From: Patescibacteria group bacterium
GTDB lineage: Bacteria; Patescibacteriota; Patescibacteriia; Patescibacteriales; UBA12465
DNA length: 57,449 nucleotides
NCBI GenBank assembly: GCA_041664445.1
Contig: JBAYKT010000008.1
Coordinates: 1-57,449, forward strand
Reading direction: 5' to 3'
Of the stretch, positions 35,949 to 45,889 are shown piece by piece. Below the pieces are notes generated by a model, which saw only the letters and a list, made by a program, of their open reading frames with translations, made no database searches and had not been told where the DNA came from. Position 1 is the first letter of the stretch, and each line of letters starts with the position of its first letter. Made by a program: the position numbers and the translations under genes.

Positions 35949-36651
35949 ATTTATCTTTGGAATTTGGTTTTTTAATAATCACCACAAATTCGCCTTTTAA
36001 ATTATTAGCATCTTTGAGCAGCTCGGCTAAAATTTCCGCGGCACTGCCCTCATAAAGACTCTCAAACATTTTTGTCAGCTCGCGACCAACGGTCACTTGA
36101 TAGGGTTTTTTATTCTCATTAAAAGTTTCTAATTCCTCGAGTAATTTAACAATTCGATGCTTTGATTCGTAAACAATTACCGGATAAGCGCTACTGCTAA
36201 TTTCTTTCAGCATTGTTTGTCGGCCCTTCTTATGCGGCAAAAATCCTAAAAATAAAAAGCGATCAAAACCGGAACCGGCAATAGAAATCGCGGTTGCCAG
36301 CGCCGTTGGTCCGGGGACACTCTCTATTTTAACACTCTCGCCCAGCTTTTCTCTAACCACAGATACTAACTTCCCTCCCGGATCGGAAATACCCGGCGTG
36401 CCGGCATCAGTTACCAAAGCCAAATTTTTCCCCTCTTCCAAGAGCGCTAAAATTTTATCGACTTTAAGCTCTCCAGAATGCTGATGATAGGAAATAGTCG
36501 ACGTTTTAATTTCATAATTATCCAAAAGTTTGCGCGTTACTCTCGTATCTTCACATAAAATAAAATCCGACTCTTTAAAAATTCTTAAAGCGCGCAGACT
36601 GATATCCTCTAGATTCCCAATCGGGGTGCCGACAACTCTTAATATCCCCAT
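35941..36651 (-). CDS. rsmI: 16S rRNA C1402 2'-O-methyltransferase
   Basis: TPIGNLEDIS; CEDTR; DAGTPGISDPG; RELTKMFE. Confidence 0.9.
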   Translation of the reverse strand: MGILRVVGTPIGNLEDISLRALRIFKESDFILCEDTRVTRKLLDNYEIKTSTISYHQHSGELKVDKILALLEEGKNLALVTDAGTPGISDPGGKLVSVVREKLGESVKIESVPGPTALATAISIAGSGFDRFLFLGFLPHKKGRQTMLKEISSSAYPVIVYESKHRIVKLLEELETFNENKKPYQVTVGRELTKMFESLYEGSAAEILAELLKDANNLKGEFVVIIKKPNSKDKYE

Positions 36652-36653
36652 AA

Positions 36654-38381
36654 TTATTCCATGTTATCGCGGCGTTCGCGAACATATTTAGTCCAATCCT
36701 CAGCTACTTCCACTAAAATTTTAAAGGGGGCTTCAATAATAAAATCAAAAATAAAGATAAAGATATTAACACGTGACATATTATTTGACAGCCAGCGTCC
36801 GACTAAAATAATCGGCATATAGAACAGATCAATAATAAAGGTGCCTAAATTTTCTTGGCGTTCAATAATCATTAAATCCTTGACACCGCGGGAAACGATA
36901 ATACTGAAGAAGCTCACAAAGGCTAAAAAGAATAAGAAAATAGTAATACTTACCCAATTAAAACCAATAAAGCTTAGGCCCTTAATAATAATGTAAAGCG
37001 AGAACAGAAATGAGGCGGAATAAATAAGATTAAAAATCGCGCTGGCCCAAAAACCTCTTTTACGTTGTAGGCGTAAAATTAACGGCTGCTTCTTCTCACG
37101 GCCAATAAAAGAAATTTCCTTGATGCCCTCAACAATCATGTCAGTATTATTTTTCTGTGGCTTTTGCGTCATCAAAACAATAAAAAATAATAAAACGGCT
37201 GGAAAAGCAACATTAATCGCCAGTGAAATCGGGTTTAAAGGCTCCTTAAACCAGTGAATAGCCGGGACTTCAATTAAAAAGACGAAGATGGACTTGGTTA
37301 AGAAAATATAAATAATACTACGCATCGCTGCCCGCCATAAACGTGATTTAGCTTTGCCATATTTTCTTTCACAGGTTTTGCGGACCAAGTTCAGGAAGCC
37401 TTTTTCGCCTTTTTGAATTTCACCATAAACTTTTGCCGGATCACTCTCTACTGTTTCCAGAAGAACATTAAAATATAAAGAATAACGTCTAACGATTTTA
37501 TCCAGTTGTTTGGCTAGTGGATGGACTAGCTGAGCCTCAATCTTATCATTAAGCTCTTTAATATTGGCGGCGATTTTCTGAATATTTTTCTCATCCTCGG
37601 CGCTAAATTTATCATTATGTCCAATCTCCAACCATGAATCATTATAATATTTAAACAAAACAAAACTAAGCATTTCCTTATCAAATTTCAAAAATTTACG
37701 GCCGATGCTTAAATAAATTTGAATTTCTAAATCATTCTCGTAAGGTAATTCTTTGGGCAAAACAATATCGCTAGATAAAATGTCAAACATGTTACTGACA
37801 ATCACCTGCTTAGTTTTATTGGGTGCTAGAATTTCCTCAATTTCACAAGCCGCCGTGTTAAGCAGCCAGCGAACAAGACTATTTTTTTCATTTAAATGAT
37901 CTTTAGCTTCAACAATATCGGAATGAATATTTAAAGCCGGGGTAATTTTTAAAGAAATTTGATTCTTCAGACGAATATATTTTTCCAACATCAAGGCTAC
38001 TTCGGAAATTTTACTTTCCGGGACTTTATTATTTGGCAAGTAGCCGCCACGAATTAATTCTACCAAAAGGTGCTTAGAAAGCTCTTCGCTGCTAACGTCT
38101 TTTAAAACACCTTCAATTACTACCTGGCGATGTAAAATTCTAGCAATCGCGTTCTTGCGCAAAAGATGATCCTCCTCATAATCGACAGCATTTCTTACTT
38201 TTTCATAAACAAAGGCCAAACGCGAAATTAATTGCGAAACTCTAATAACCGGGGCATCCTGATCTGATTCCTCTTTAGCATTTTGCTCACTATAAATAAC
38301 TTGAAAAAGTTTCTTGGTATTACTATTAATCTCCACGGGCTCTTCAGCCTCTTTACGTCTAATCAAATTTGGGCTAACCAT
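36654..38381 (-). CDS. Hypothetical membrane protein with large helical N-domain
   Basis: 575-aa intact ORF in operon; C-terminal TM bundle. Confidence 0.6.
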   Translation of the reverse strand: MVSPNLIRRKEAEEPVEINSNTKKLFQVIYSEQNAKEESDQDAPVIRVSQLISRLAFVYEKVRNAVDYEEDHLLRKNAIARILHRQVVIEGVLKDVSSEELSKHLLVELIRGGYLPNNKVPESKISEVALMLEKYIRLKNQISLKITPALNIHSDIVEAKDHLNEKNSLVRWLLNTAACEIEEILAPNKTKQVIVSNMFDILSSDIVLPKELPYENDLEIQIYLSIGRKFLKFDKEMLSFVLFKYYNDSWLEIGHNDKFSAEDEKNIQKIAANIKELNDKIEAQLVHPLAKQLDKIVRRYSLYFNVLLETVESDPAKVYGEIQKGEKGFLNLVRKTCERKYGKAKSRLWRAAMRSIIYIFLTKSIFVFLIEVPAIHWFKEPLNPISLAINVAFPAVLLFFIVLMTQKPQKNNTDMIVEGIKEISFIGREKKQPLILRLQRKRGFWASAIFNLIYSASFLFSLYIIIKGLSFIGFNWVSITIFLFFLAFVSFFSIIVSRGVKDLMIIERQENLGTFIIDLFYMPIILVGRWLSNNMSRVNIFIFIFDFIIEAPFKILVEVAEDWTKYVRERRDNME

Positions 38382-38489
38382 ATTTAAATATTAAACTTAA
38401 GAAGAGAAACCAGAAAGGCTGATTTCGCTTATATTTCTATTGTATATGGTTTAAAGGCAAAAGGCAATAAAACCAAGTCCCGGCAAGCC

Positions 38490-38518
38490 TTGACAAGTGT
38501 CACACTATTTTGTATCAT
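38490..38518 (+). promoter_or_regulatory. secE-nusG promoter
   Basis: TTGACA-17-TATCAT. Confidence 0.7.
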
Positions 38519-38575
38519 TTTAGTAGATAAAAAAGTGGCCAAAAGGCTATTTTTAATTACCTATTTTTAGTCAAT

Positions 38576-38755
38576 ATGAACAAATTAACCAATTATATCA
38601 AGGAGTCTGTCTCCGAGATGAAAAAAGTGACTTGGCCGACCAAGAAAGAAACCTACAACTACACAATCCTGGTAATTGGGATTAGTCTAGCCGTTGCCGT
38701 CTTTTTAGGCGCTCTGGACTTTGTTTTCAATTTAGGTCTTCAATTCATCGTTTAA
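38576..38755 (+). CDS. secE: Preprotein translocase subunit SecE (59 aa, not in ORF track)
   Basis: EMKKVTWPTKKE followed by one TM; directly upstream of nusG. Confidence 0.92.
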   Translation: MNKLTNYIKESVSEMKKVTWPTKKETYNYTILVIGISLAVAVFLGALDFVFNLGLQFIV

Positions 38756-38786
38756 AAAAAATAAATAGTTCTTAAAGCAAAAATTT

Positions 38787-39332
38787 ATGGCCAAACAACT
38801 TTTAAATCAAGGCCGACGCTGGTACGTTATCCATACTTACTCCGGTTACGAAGAAAACGTCGCGCAAAACCTCAAACAAAGGGTTGATTCCTTGGACATG
38901 GAAGACAAAATTTTCAACATTTTAATTCCGACCGAGAAAAAAATTAAAATTAAAAACGGTAAACGCAAGGTCACTGAAGAAAAAATCTTTCCCGGCTATA
39001 TTTTAGTAGAAATGGTGGTAACCGATGAATCTTGGTATATTGTCAGAAATACACCAAATGTTACCGGCTTTATCGGTACCGGCACCATCCCTACCCCAAT
39101 CGGCGAAGCCGAAGTTAAGTCTCTGCAAAAGAGAATGGGCGTAGAAGATCCTAAATTCCAAATCGACGTGATTATTGGCTCTCCGGTTAAAATCAATGAG
39201 GGCCCATTTAAGAACATGGAAGGTAAAGTTACTGCCGTTGATGAGGCTAAAGGTAAAGTTAAGGTGTCCGTTTCCCTCTTCGGCCGTGAAACTCCGGTAG
39301 AACTTGATTTCTTACAGATTAAAAAAGTTTAA
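38787..39332 (+). CDS. nusG: Transcription factor NusG
   Basis: WYVIHTYSGYE; FPGYILVEM; KOW GPFKNMEG; FGRETPVEL. Confidence 0.95.
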   Translation: MAKQLLNQGRRWYVIHTYSGYEENVAQNLKQRVDSLDMEDKIFNILIPTEKKIKIKNGKRKVTEEKIFPGYILVEMVVTDESWYIVRNTPNVTGFIGTGTIPTPIGEAEVKSLQKRMGVEDPKFQIDVIIGSPVKINEGPFKNMEGKVTAVDEAKGKVKVSVSLFGRETPVELDFLQIKKV

Positions 39333-39387
39333 TTAAGAATTATAATAAACCCTGGCGACGCTTCTACGTCAGAAAAAAGCAATTAAT

Positions 39388-39813
39388 ATGGCAAAAAAGA
39401 TAAAGACAAAAATAAAATTACAGATTGCCGGCGGTCAAGCTAACCCAGCTCCTCCAGTCGGTCCGGCTTTAGGTCAACACGGCTTAAACATTGCCGAATT
39501 CTGCAAACAGTTTAATGACAAAACTAAGGATAAAATGGGTGATATTGTACCGGTAGAAATTACGGTTTATGAGGATAGAAGCTTTGACTTCATCTTAAAG
39601 ACTTCCCCAGCTAGTGAACTTATCAAAAAAGCCGCAGGAATTAAAAAGGGTTCCGGCAAACCCTTAACTGAGAAGATTGGTTCCATTACTGAAAAGCAAT
39701 TGGAGGAAATCGCTCTCGCTAAGATGCCTGACTTAAATGCGCGCGACATTGAGGCTGCCAAGAACATTATCGCCGGCACCGCCAGACAAATGGGCGTCGA
39801 AATTAAAAAATAA
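39388..39813 (+). CDS. rplK: 50S ribosomal protein L11
   Basis: [17 protein letters not shown]; IAGTARQMG. Confidence 0.97.
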   Translation: MAKKIKTKIKLQIAGGQANPAPPVGPALGQHGLNIAEFCKQFNDKTKDKMGDIVPVEITVYEDRSFDFILKTSPASELIKKAAGIKKGSGKPLTEKIGSITEKQLEEIALAKMPDLNARDIEAAKNIIAGTARQMGVEIKK

Positions 39814-39822
39814 TAATTAATT

Positions 39823-39870
39823 GTGGGAGTTAGGCTCTGTCATTAAGACAGTCGCTGACGTTAAACCACG
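39823..39870 (+). promoter_or_regulatory. L1-binding autoregulatory leader between rplK and rplA
   Basis: GTGG/CCAC closing stem with GGAG...TAAA internal loop and CTGTC/GACAG hairpin; position matches the known L1 leader upstream of rplA. Confidence 0.65.
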
Positions 39871-39878
39871 AAAAATAT

Positions 39879-40619
39879 ATGGCTAAAGAAAAAGCTGAAA
39901 AAGTTAAGAAAAGTTCAAAAAAAGCCGCTCCGGTTGTTAAGGCCGTAGCTAAAAAGAAAGACTTTTCTACTGTTTACGACAAAAACCAAGCTTATAGCAT
40001 TAACGAGGCTTTGGAAATTGTTAAAAAATTAAGTAAAACTAAATTTGACGCTTCCGTAGAAGTCCACTTCCGTCTAGGAATTAATACTAAAAAGGGTGAC
40101 CAACAAGTTCGCGGCGCCGTTAGCTTGCCTAATGGTACTGGTAAAACTGTTAAAATTGCCGCCTTTGTCTCTCCGGAAAATGAAAAAGCTGTTAAGGCTG
40201 CTGGTGCCGATTTCGTTGGCGGCGAAGAATTAGTGGCGGAAATTAAAAAGACTGAAAAAACTGACTTTGAGGTCGCTATCGCTGAACCAGGAATGATGAA
40301 AAACTTAGCAATCATTGCTAAAATCTTAGGCACTAGAGGCTTAATGCCTTCTCCTAAGAACGATACTGTTACCATGAACCCAGTGAAGACCGTTGAGGAG
40401 CTCAAAAAGGGCAAAATTAGCTTCAAAAATGACGATACCGGCAACTTACACGCCGTTATTGGTAAAATCAGTTTTGAGAGCTCAAAATTGGCTGAAAACT
40501 ACCAAACTCTCTTAGAAACTGTTCGAAAAGCTAAACCGAGTTCTGCTAAAGGCAGCTTCCTGAAAAATATCAGCATTGCCGCTTCTATGACTCCAGGTGT
40601 TAAAGTCATTATTTCCTAA
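39879..40619 (+). CDS. rplA: 50S ribosomal protein L1 with Lys-rich N-terminal extension
   Basis: KFDASVEVHFRLG; LPNGTGK; LGTRGLMPSPK; SMTPGVKV. Confidence 0.95.
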   Translation: MAKEKAEKVKKSSKKAAPVVKAVAKKKDFSTVYDKNQAYSINEALEIVKKLSKTKFDASVEVHFRLGINTKKGDQQVRGAVSLPNGTGKTVKIAAFVSPENEKAVKAAGADFVGGEELVAEIKKTEKTDFEVAIAEPGMMKNLAIIAKILGTRGLMPSPKNDTVTMNPVKTVEELKKGKISFKNDDTGNLHAVIGKISFESSKLAENYQTLLETVRKAKPSSAKGSFLKNISIAASMTPGVKVIIS

Positions 40620-40621
40620 TA

Positions 40622-40650
40622 TTGACTTATCCACAGAAATAGGATATAAT
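40622..40650 (+). promoter_or_regulatory. Promoter containing a perfect DnaA box
   Basis: TTGACT-17-TATAAT; TTATCCACA at 40627-40635. Confidence 0.65.
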
Positions 40651-40753
40651 AGCCTATAGGTAAGCATTTTTTAAAGAAAGAGCGGATCCTAATCCGCCTT
40701 TTTCTTTAATCAAAGGTCGTCTTACATTTATAAAATAAGTATAGTCAAACAAG

Positions 40754-41011
40754 ATGAAAAAATTATTTATCGGTGGCTTGTCTTTCAAGACAACTGAAGA
40801 AGGTCTAGCTGAAGCTTTTGCTAAAGCCGGAAAAGTTCTCTCCGCCGTAATCATCACCGATCGCATGACCCATCGCTCTAAAGGCTTTGGTTTCGTCGAG
40901 ATGGAAAATGACGCTGACGCGGATGCCGCGATCGCGATGTACAACAATCAAGAATTAGACGGACGCCGTGTCGTTGTTAACGAAGCCCGCCCTCTAGAAA
41001 AGAGATTCTAA
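40754..41011 (+). CDS. RRM (RNP-1) RNA-binding protein
   Basis: RNP2 LFIGGL; RNP1 KGFGFVEM. Confidence 0.92.
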   Translation: MKKLFIGGLSFKTTEEGLAEAFAKAGKVLSAVIITDRMTHRSKGFGFVEMENDADADAAIAMYNNQELDGRRVVVNEARPLEKRF

Positions 41012-41035
41012 TAGATCTAAATAGATTGGAAATAC

Positions 41036-41062
41036 AAAAAACACCCCGTCAGGGGTGTTTTT
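41036..41062. terminator. Bidirectional terminator
   Basis: AAAAACACCCC/GGGGTGTTTTT. Confidence 0.8.
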
Positions 41063-41068
41063 GTTTAA

Positions 41069-41548
41069 TTATTTTTTCTTGCTAGCTTGCTTTTTCGACG
41101 CCAGATTTTTCTTAGATATTGATTTTTTCGGCGCTACTTTTTTCGCCTTAACGGTCGCTTTCTTTTTAGCCACCGGCTGGCTCTTCTCATAGTCAGCAAT
41201 CGCTTTTTTCAAACCATCAACCGCCATGACCGAACAATGAACTTTTTGGTTAGGCAAACCGCCAAGCTCAGCGACTACTTTCTGCCAGGGATATTTTTTG
41301 GCGGCCACAACGGTCATGCCTTTCACTTTTTCGGTGAGCACCGAGGCGGTCGCGATATTGGAAGCACAACCGAAAGACAAGAATTTAACATCTTTAATCT
41401 TTCCCTTTTCCACTTTCAGAAAAAAATCCAACTGGTCACCGCAAACCATATTGCCGATTTGCGCATAACCGTCCGGTTTATTAATTTTACCGACGTTCTT
41501 CGGTTTAAGAAAGTTATCTAAAGTTTTCTTGGTATAATTCAAAGCCAT
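41069..41548 (-). CDS. iscU: IscU/NifU-type Fe-S scaffold with Lys-rich tail
   Basis: GNMVCGD; FGCAS; KVHCS. Confidence 0.88.
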   Translation of the reverse strand: MALNYTKKTLDNFLKPKNVGKINKPDGYAQIGNMVCGDQLDFFLKVEKGKIKDVKFLSFGCASNIATASVLTEKVKGMTVVAAKKYPWQKVVAELGGLPNQKVHCSVMAVDGLKKAIADYEKSQPVAKKKATVKAKKVAPKKSISKKNLASKKQASKKK

Positions 41549-41560
41549 ATAATATTTAAA

Positions 41561-42715
41561 TTAATTAATCGGTGAAAAGCTGCGTAAGCGTTTAACCGTT
41601 GCCTTTAAGGCGCGAATTGTATAATCAATTCCCTCTTTGTTATTAAAACGACCAAGCGAAAAACGAATATTGCTGTTTAAAAAATTCTTATCCAGACCCA
41701 TTGATTTCAAAACATAGGAAGCGCGCAAATCCGAAGCCGAACAAGCGGAGCCGGTGGAAACATAAACCCCCTTATAAGAAAGGTCCATTAAAATGGCTTC
41801 GCCTTCAATATAGCCGAACATGATATTTAAGTTGGCAGGAACACGTTTTTTTAAACTGCCATTAAGCTTCAATTCCGGAATTTCTTGTTTAATTTTCTGC
41901 CAAAAATAATCACGTAAAGCCGTGACTTTCTTTAAATAAATAGCTCTTTCTTTATAGGCTAATTCCAAGGCTTCGGCCAAGCCAATAATTCCCGGTAAAT
42001 TATAGGTTCCGGCTCGGAGTCCGTCTTCTTGCCCGCCACCGATAATTTGCGGCTGGACTTTAACTTGACGATTAACATAAGCCACTCCTACACCCTTGGG
42101 GCCATAAAATTTATGAGCCGATAAGCTTAAAAAATCAATGCCCATCTTTTTGACGTCTAATTTTAAATACGGAACAGCCTGAACGGCGTCAGTATGAAAA
42201 TAAGCACCATGAGCGTGAGCAATCTTGGCTAGGGCCGCAATATCCTGAATCGTGCCAATTTCATTATTAACCGCCATAACTGAAACTAAAATCGTCTCTT
42301 TATCAATTAATTTTTCCAATTCTTTTATTTCAATCAAACCCTCAGAGTTAACTGGAATAAACTCCACTTTAAAACCGGCACGCGCTAAAAATTTGGCCGA
42401 CTCCATCACACAAGGATGTTCAATACTAGAAATAATAATTTTATTTTTTTTCTCGCTTCTATTTGCTAAGGCGACGCCTTTAATAATTAAGTTGTTGGCC
42501 TCGGTCGCGCCGGAAGTAAAAATTACACCATTTGTCTCACCACCAATTAACTTGGAGACTTTTTCTTTAGCCTTTATCAAGTCCCGAAAAGCGCTCTGGC
42601 CTAAATCATGGATAGAGGAAGCATTGCCATATTCTTTCATAAAATAAGGCTCCATTTTCTTCATGACGCGCGGATCCAACTTAGTCGTGGCGGCATTATC
42701 TAAATATACTTGCAT
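41561..42715 (-). CDS. iscS: Cysteine desulfurase
   Basis: YLDNAATT; SAHKFYGPKG; STGSACS. Confidence 0.92.
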   Translation of the reverse strand: MQVYLDNAATTKLDPRVMKKMEPYFMKEYGNASSIHDLGQSAFRDLIKAKEKVSKLIGGETNGVIFTSGATEANNLIIKGVALANRSEKKNKIIISSIEHPCVMESAKFLARAGFKVEFIPVNSEGLIEIKELEKLIDKETILVSVMAVNNEIGTIQDIAALAKIAHAHGAYFHTDAVQAVPYLKLDVKKMGIDFLSLSAHKFYGPKGVGVAYVNRQVKVQPQIIGGGQEDGLRAGTYNLPGIIGLAEALELAYKERAIYLKKVTALRDYFWQKIKQEIPELKLNGSLKKRVPANLNIMFGYIEGEAILMDLSYKGVYVSTGSACSASDLRASYVLKSMGLDKNFLNSNIRFSLGRFNNKEGIDYTIRALKATVKRLRSFSPIN

Positions 42716-42782
42716 ATGTAAATCGTTAAATAATCTATAAGTACTTTTATTATAGCTTTTACGGGCAAAATTTCAAGCCAAG

Positions 42783-42814
42783 AAAAAACCCGCCTTCAAA
42801 AAAAAGACGGGTTT
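42783..42814 (-). terminator. Intrinsic terminator
   Basis: AACCCGCC/GACGGGTT stem with A-run on plus strand. Confidence 0.6.
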
Positions 42815-42836
42815 CCAAAATGACAAAATTCAGATA

Positions 42837-43211
42837 TTACGCTGCTAACACCAGCGAGTAATTTCTTTTTGCGCTTTCAGACATGTGTTCGGAAAAATAA
42901 TGCGGTTCTTTGTCTCTTTCGGACAAGAACCATAAAACTTCTCCCTCCATTTGATCGGGAGATTTTCCAATACCCAGGCAGATAAACATAACGTTGTTAT
43001 GATCAATCAAAATATCGCCGGGGGCGAAAGCAAACTTTTTACGGTCATAATCCCGAAGGAATTCGCGAAAATAACCATTACAACGAATTCTGATAACATT
43101 TAAGGGGTAGTGTTTCTGACGCGAATCTTCCACTTTCTTCTTTAGCTCCTCAATGCGATCCATAACTTTAGGGTCAATTTTCCCTACGATTTCATCTGTT
43201 CTTTCTTTCAT
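42837..43211 (-). CDS. Hypothetical protein (possible KOW/SH3-like C-terminal part)
   Basis: Own promoter TTGACA-17-TATATT (43274-43246); FAPGDILID..MFICLG pattern. Confidence 0.55.
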   Translation of the reverse strand: MKERTDEIVGKIDPKVMDRIEELKKKVEDSRQKHYPLNVIRIRCNGYFREFLRDYDRKKFAFAPGDILIDHNNVMFICLGIGKSPDQMEGEVLWFLSERDKEPHYFSEHMSESAKRNYSLVLAA

Positions 43212-43304
43212 TTTTATCCTTTTTTTTAAAATGTACGTGGGTTTAAATATATACTAAAAAACAGCTCCTGTCAATAGAAGGAGCGGTTCTTTAAAGGGCT
43301 TATT

Positions 43305-45530
43305 TTAGTTAGCTGGAAATAAATCTTCAATTTGTTTTTGATATTTAGCATCAATCGCAATTGTTTTCTCTGCCGCTACCGCGGCTTTATCAATATCGCC
43401 GACAATCAAATAAAGCTTAGTCAAATTAAACCAAACGTCAGCGTTATTGCCATAGTTTTCTGTCAGTTTTTCTACAACTTTTATCGCCCGAGGAAAATCT
43501 TTTTGCTCAACTAGATAAGAGGCTGCGCTCATTAAAGAATTACCGGAACCGAGCTGCCCAGCCGCTTCGCCATCAACGCATTTATCTAAACTGTCCTTAA
43601 CTTGATCCATTTTGTCACCCATAATATAAACTTGAGCTAAACGACAATAAGTGTAGGGGAAATCCGGATTTAAGCTGGCAGCATAATTTAAAACCTCAAT
43701 TGCCTCATCAACCTGGCCACTCAAAAATAAAGATTGGGCTTTAGCAAAATAAACTGGAATCCGACCGGGGCTGGCATTAATTGCTTTCTCAACTTGAGCA
43801 ATAGCTTTATTAAAATATTCCCGACCCTTCGTTTGATCTTGATAAAAAATGCGTCCGCCTAAATCATAGACCTGGGCTAACTGTAAATTAGCTAAATTAT
43901 CCTGAGGATTATATTCCAAATTAGCCTCCGAAAGTGAAACAATATAATTATAAGCCGTCTCAAGTTTATTGGATTCTAGAGTTGATAAAAAATCGGGGCT
44001 ACCAAGAGCTAAATTTATCAAGACCGAGCGTCCATCCCGGTCCAAGGGCGTGCCCGTCAAGCTCGCCTTAAAATCATTAATTCCTAATTCGCTCTTACCA
44101 CTTAAAATTTCTGAATAACCAGTAATCACTCCACTCATCATCTTCAAAGGCTTAACATTAAACTGAAAAATAGCAATTAAAGCGATAATTGATAGGCCAG
44201 CCAAAGCTAGCCATTCCCGTTCTTCATTCTTTAAAAAACTCGACACTTGTATTTGATTTGATTCCTCTACCGCCAGGGCCTCCTCCTTAGGTAACCAATA
44301 AACAAACCCAAGAATTATCATCAAAGCAATATAAGTTACCAATGAATCAAAGACCGCAAGATTTTGGATGAAATAAGCCGTAAGCAACCCCAGTATAAAT
44401 ATTATTTCTAAATTACGACGACCGGCGGCCTCCTGGCTTATTTTAAAACCATTTTTCTTTAGTCCTAAATAAAGATAGCGCAACACAAACACAAAGATGC
44501 TTAAATAAGTAATTAGCCCGACTAGTCCGGTTGTGGAAACAATATCAATTAGATTATTATGAGCTCTATCAAAATAAGTCTCCACTCGATCATAGTTAAG
44601 AAACTTAGGGTTAAATTGCTTATCAAAAATAATGGCGTAATTACCAAAACCTGTTCCCAACAAAGGATGATATTTGAAATCTCTAGCCGCCCCCTCCCAA
44701 GAGAGCAAACGTGTCTGAAAGGTTGCCTTTTGCGCGGTTAAATTTCGTAAAAAGCTAGTTTCAAACCAAGCAGCGTGCTGCTGGGAAAATAGAAAAATTA
44801 TGGCTATTACCCCTAAAGCAAAAACTCCCAATAAACTATATTTAAGTTTTTTGTTAATGGTTAAAATCCCAACCAAAAGAATAATTAAGAAGATGCTTGC
44901 CGCCAGCCCAATAATCGCGCCAGAAGTATGCATATTTTTAAACTGTAAAAGCATCAATAAAATCGGCACCAAATAAGCGAAGCGCCAATTAGAGCGGGTA
45001 CGCAAAAATAACAGAGCGCTAAAAAATAAGTTAAAAATCAAATAACCACTCACATAGGCGGTGTTACCGATAGTACTATAAGAATTTTTTCCCAATAAGC
45101 CCCAAAGGCTGACAATCACGGCAACAATAACTGATGAAAATAAAAGTGCGCGCCACTCTGGCCAACTTCGAAAAACTGTAATTAAAATAAAGAAAAAAAT
45201 TAGAAAATGGAAAATTTGAAAAAACCCAAGCAATCTTTCAATGTCTCCCCAAAAACTCAAATTAAAATCAACGCCAGTAAAACAAGAAAGCAGGATGGCG
45301 GTAAAATAGGCCAGTAATCCGTAAATCATTAAATTAAGCCGCGGACGAAAATCCGGATAACGCCAAATAAAAACTAGCCAAATAGCGGCGAGCGCTTCCA
45401 TCAAAATATTAAAAGGCAGCTGCTTGGAGCTGATATAAGGAAACAGGAGTCCGGAAAAAACAAATAAGACAAAAAATAATGAGGTTATCAAAGCTCCCTG
45501 AAGTATGCGTAAATAAATTTTTGGGGACAT
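43305..45530 (-). CDS. O-antigen ligase-like membrane protein with C-terminal TPR repeats
   Basis: Multiple TM; PLLGTGFGNY; AHNNLIDI; TPR-like helices at C-terminus. Confidence 0.8.
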   Translation of the reverse strand: MSPKIYLRILQGALITSLFFVLFVFSGLLFPYISSKQLPFNILMEALAAIWLVFIWRYPDFRPRLNLMIYGLLAYFTAILLSCFTGVDFNLSFWGDIERLLGFFQIFHFLIFFFILITVFRSWPEWRALLFSSVIVAVIVSLWGLLGKNSYSTIGNTAYVSGYLIFNLFFSALLFLRTRSNWRFAYLVPILLMLLQFKNMHTSGAIIGLAASIFLIILLVGILTINKKLKYSLLGVFALGVIAIIFLFSQQHAAWFETSFLRNLTAQKATFQTRLLSWEGAARDFKYHPLLGTGFGNYAIIFDKQFNPKFLNYDRVETYFDRAHNNLIDIVSTTGLVGLITYLSIFVFVLRYLYLGLKKNGFKISQEAAGRRNLEIIFILGLLTAYFIQNLAVFDSLVTYIALMIILGFVYWLPKEEALAVEESNQIQVSSFLKNEEREWLALAGLSIIALIAIFQFNVKPLKMMSGVITGYSEILSGKSELGINDFKASLTGTPLDRDGRSVLINLALGSPDFLSTLESNKLETAYNYIVSLSEANLEYNPQDNLANLQLAQVYDLGGRIFYQDQTKGREYFNKAIAQVEKAINASPGRIPVYFAKAQSLFLSGQVDEAIEVLNYAASLNPDFPYTYCRLAQVYIMGDKMDQVKDSLDKCVDGEAAGQLGSGNSLMSAASYLVEQKDFPRAIKVVEKLTENYGNNADVWFNLTKLYLIVGDIDKAAVAAEKTIAIDAKYQKQIEDLFPAN

Positions 45531-45599
45531 AAAATAAATTTAAATATAAAACTTAAAGTTAAGCTTAATTATAGCAGATTTTAGGCTAAATTAAACCAC

Positions 45600-45628
45600 T
45601 TGACAAAAATTAAATAATTTGCTATTGT
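45600..45628 (+). promoter_or_regulatory. Sigma70 promoter for small ORF unit
   Basis: TTGACA-17-TATTGT with extended TG; GTTCTTTCTAAAA just downstream. Confidence 0.6.
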
Positions 45629-45733
45629 ATAATTAGTTCTTTCTAAAAATATATATAGGGCAAACCAATGGCAGCAGCTAAAATTTGCTGGGGGTAAAAA
45701 GATATTAAATCTTTACCCCTAATCCTTAAACAT

Positions 45734-45886
45734 ATGTTTAAGAATTTTTTCGCTCTACTATTAGCCATTCTAGTACTCAGATGGTGTTTGCCTCCAGAGA
45801 CAGTTAATCTTGCTAACGAAATTTTGGTCAAAATTTTGACTCTTATTTCCAACTCATTAGCAATGATTACACTGCCTCCTCAATAA
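45734..45886 (+). CDS. 50-aa hydrophobic small protein (not in ORF track)
   Basis: MFKNFFALLLAILVLRWCLPPETVNLANEILVKILTLISNSLAMITLPPQ; framed by promoter and terminator. Confidence 0.6.
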   Translation: MFKNFFALLLAILVLRWCLPPETVNLANEILVKILTLISNSLAMITLPPQ

Positions 45887-45889
45887 CCG

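Noticed and set aside
45657-45720. c-di-GMP-I riboswitch suggested by AGGGCAAACC
   Set aside because: The required GAAA tetraloop and GGGACGCAAAGCC segments are absent
45643-45852. 69-aa minus-strand ORF in the track
   Set aside because: Antisense to the better-supported plus-strand unit that has promoter, hydrophobic ORF and terminator
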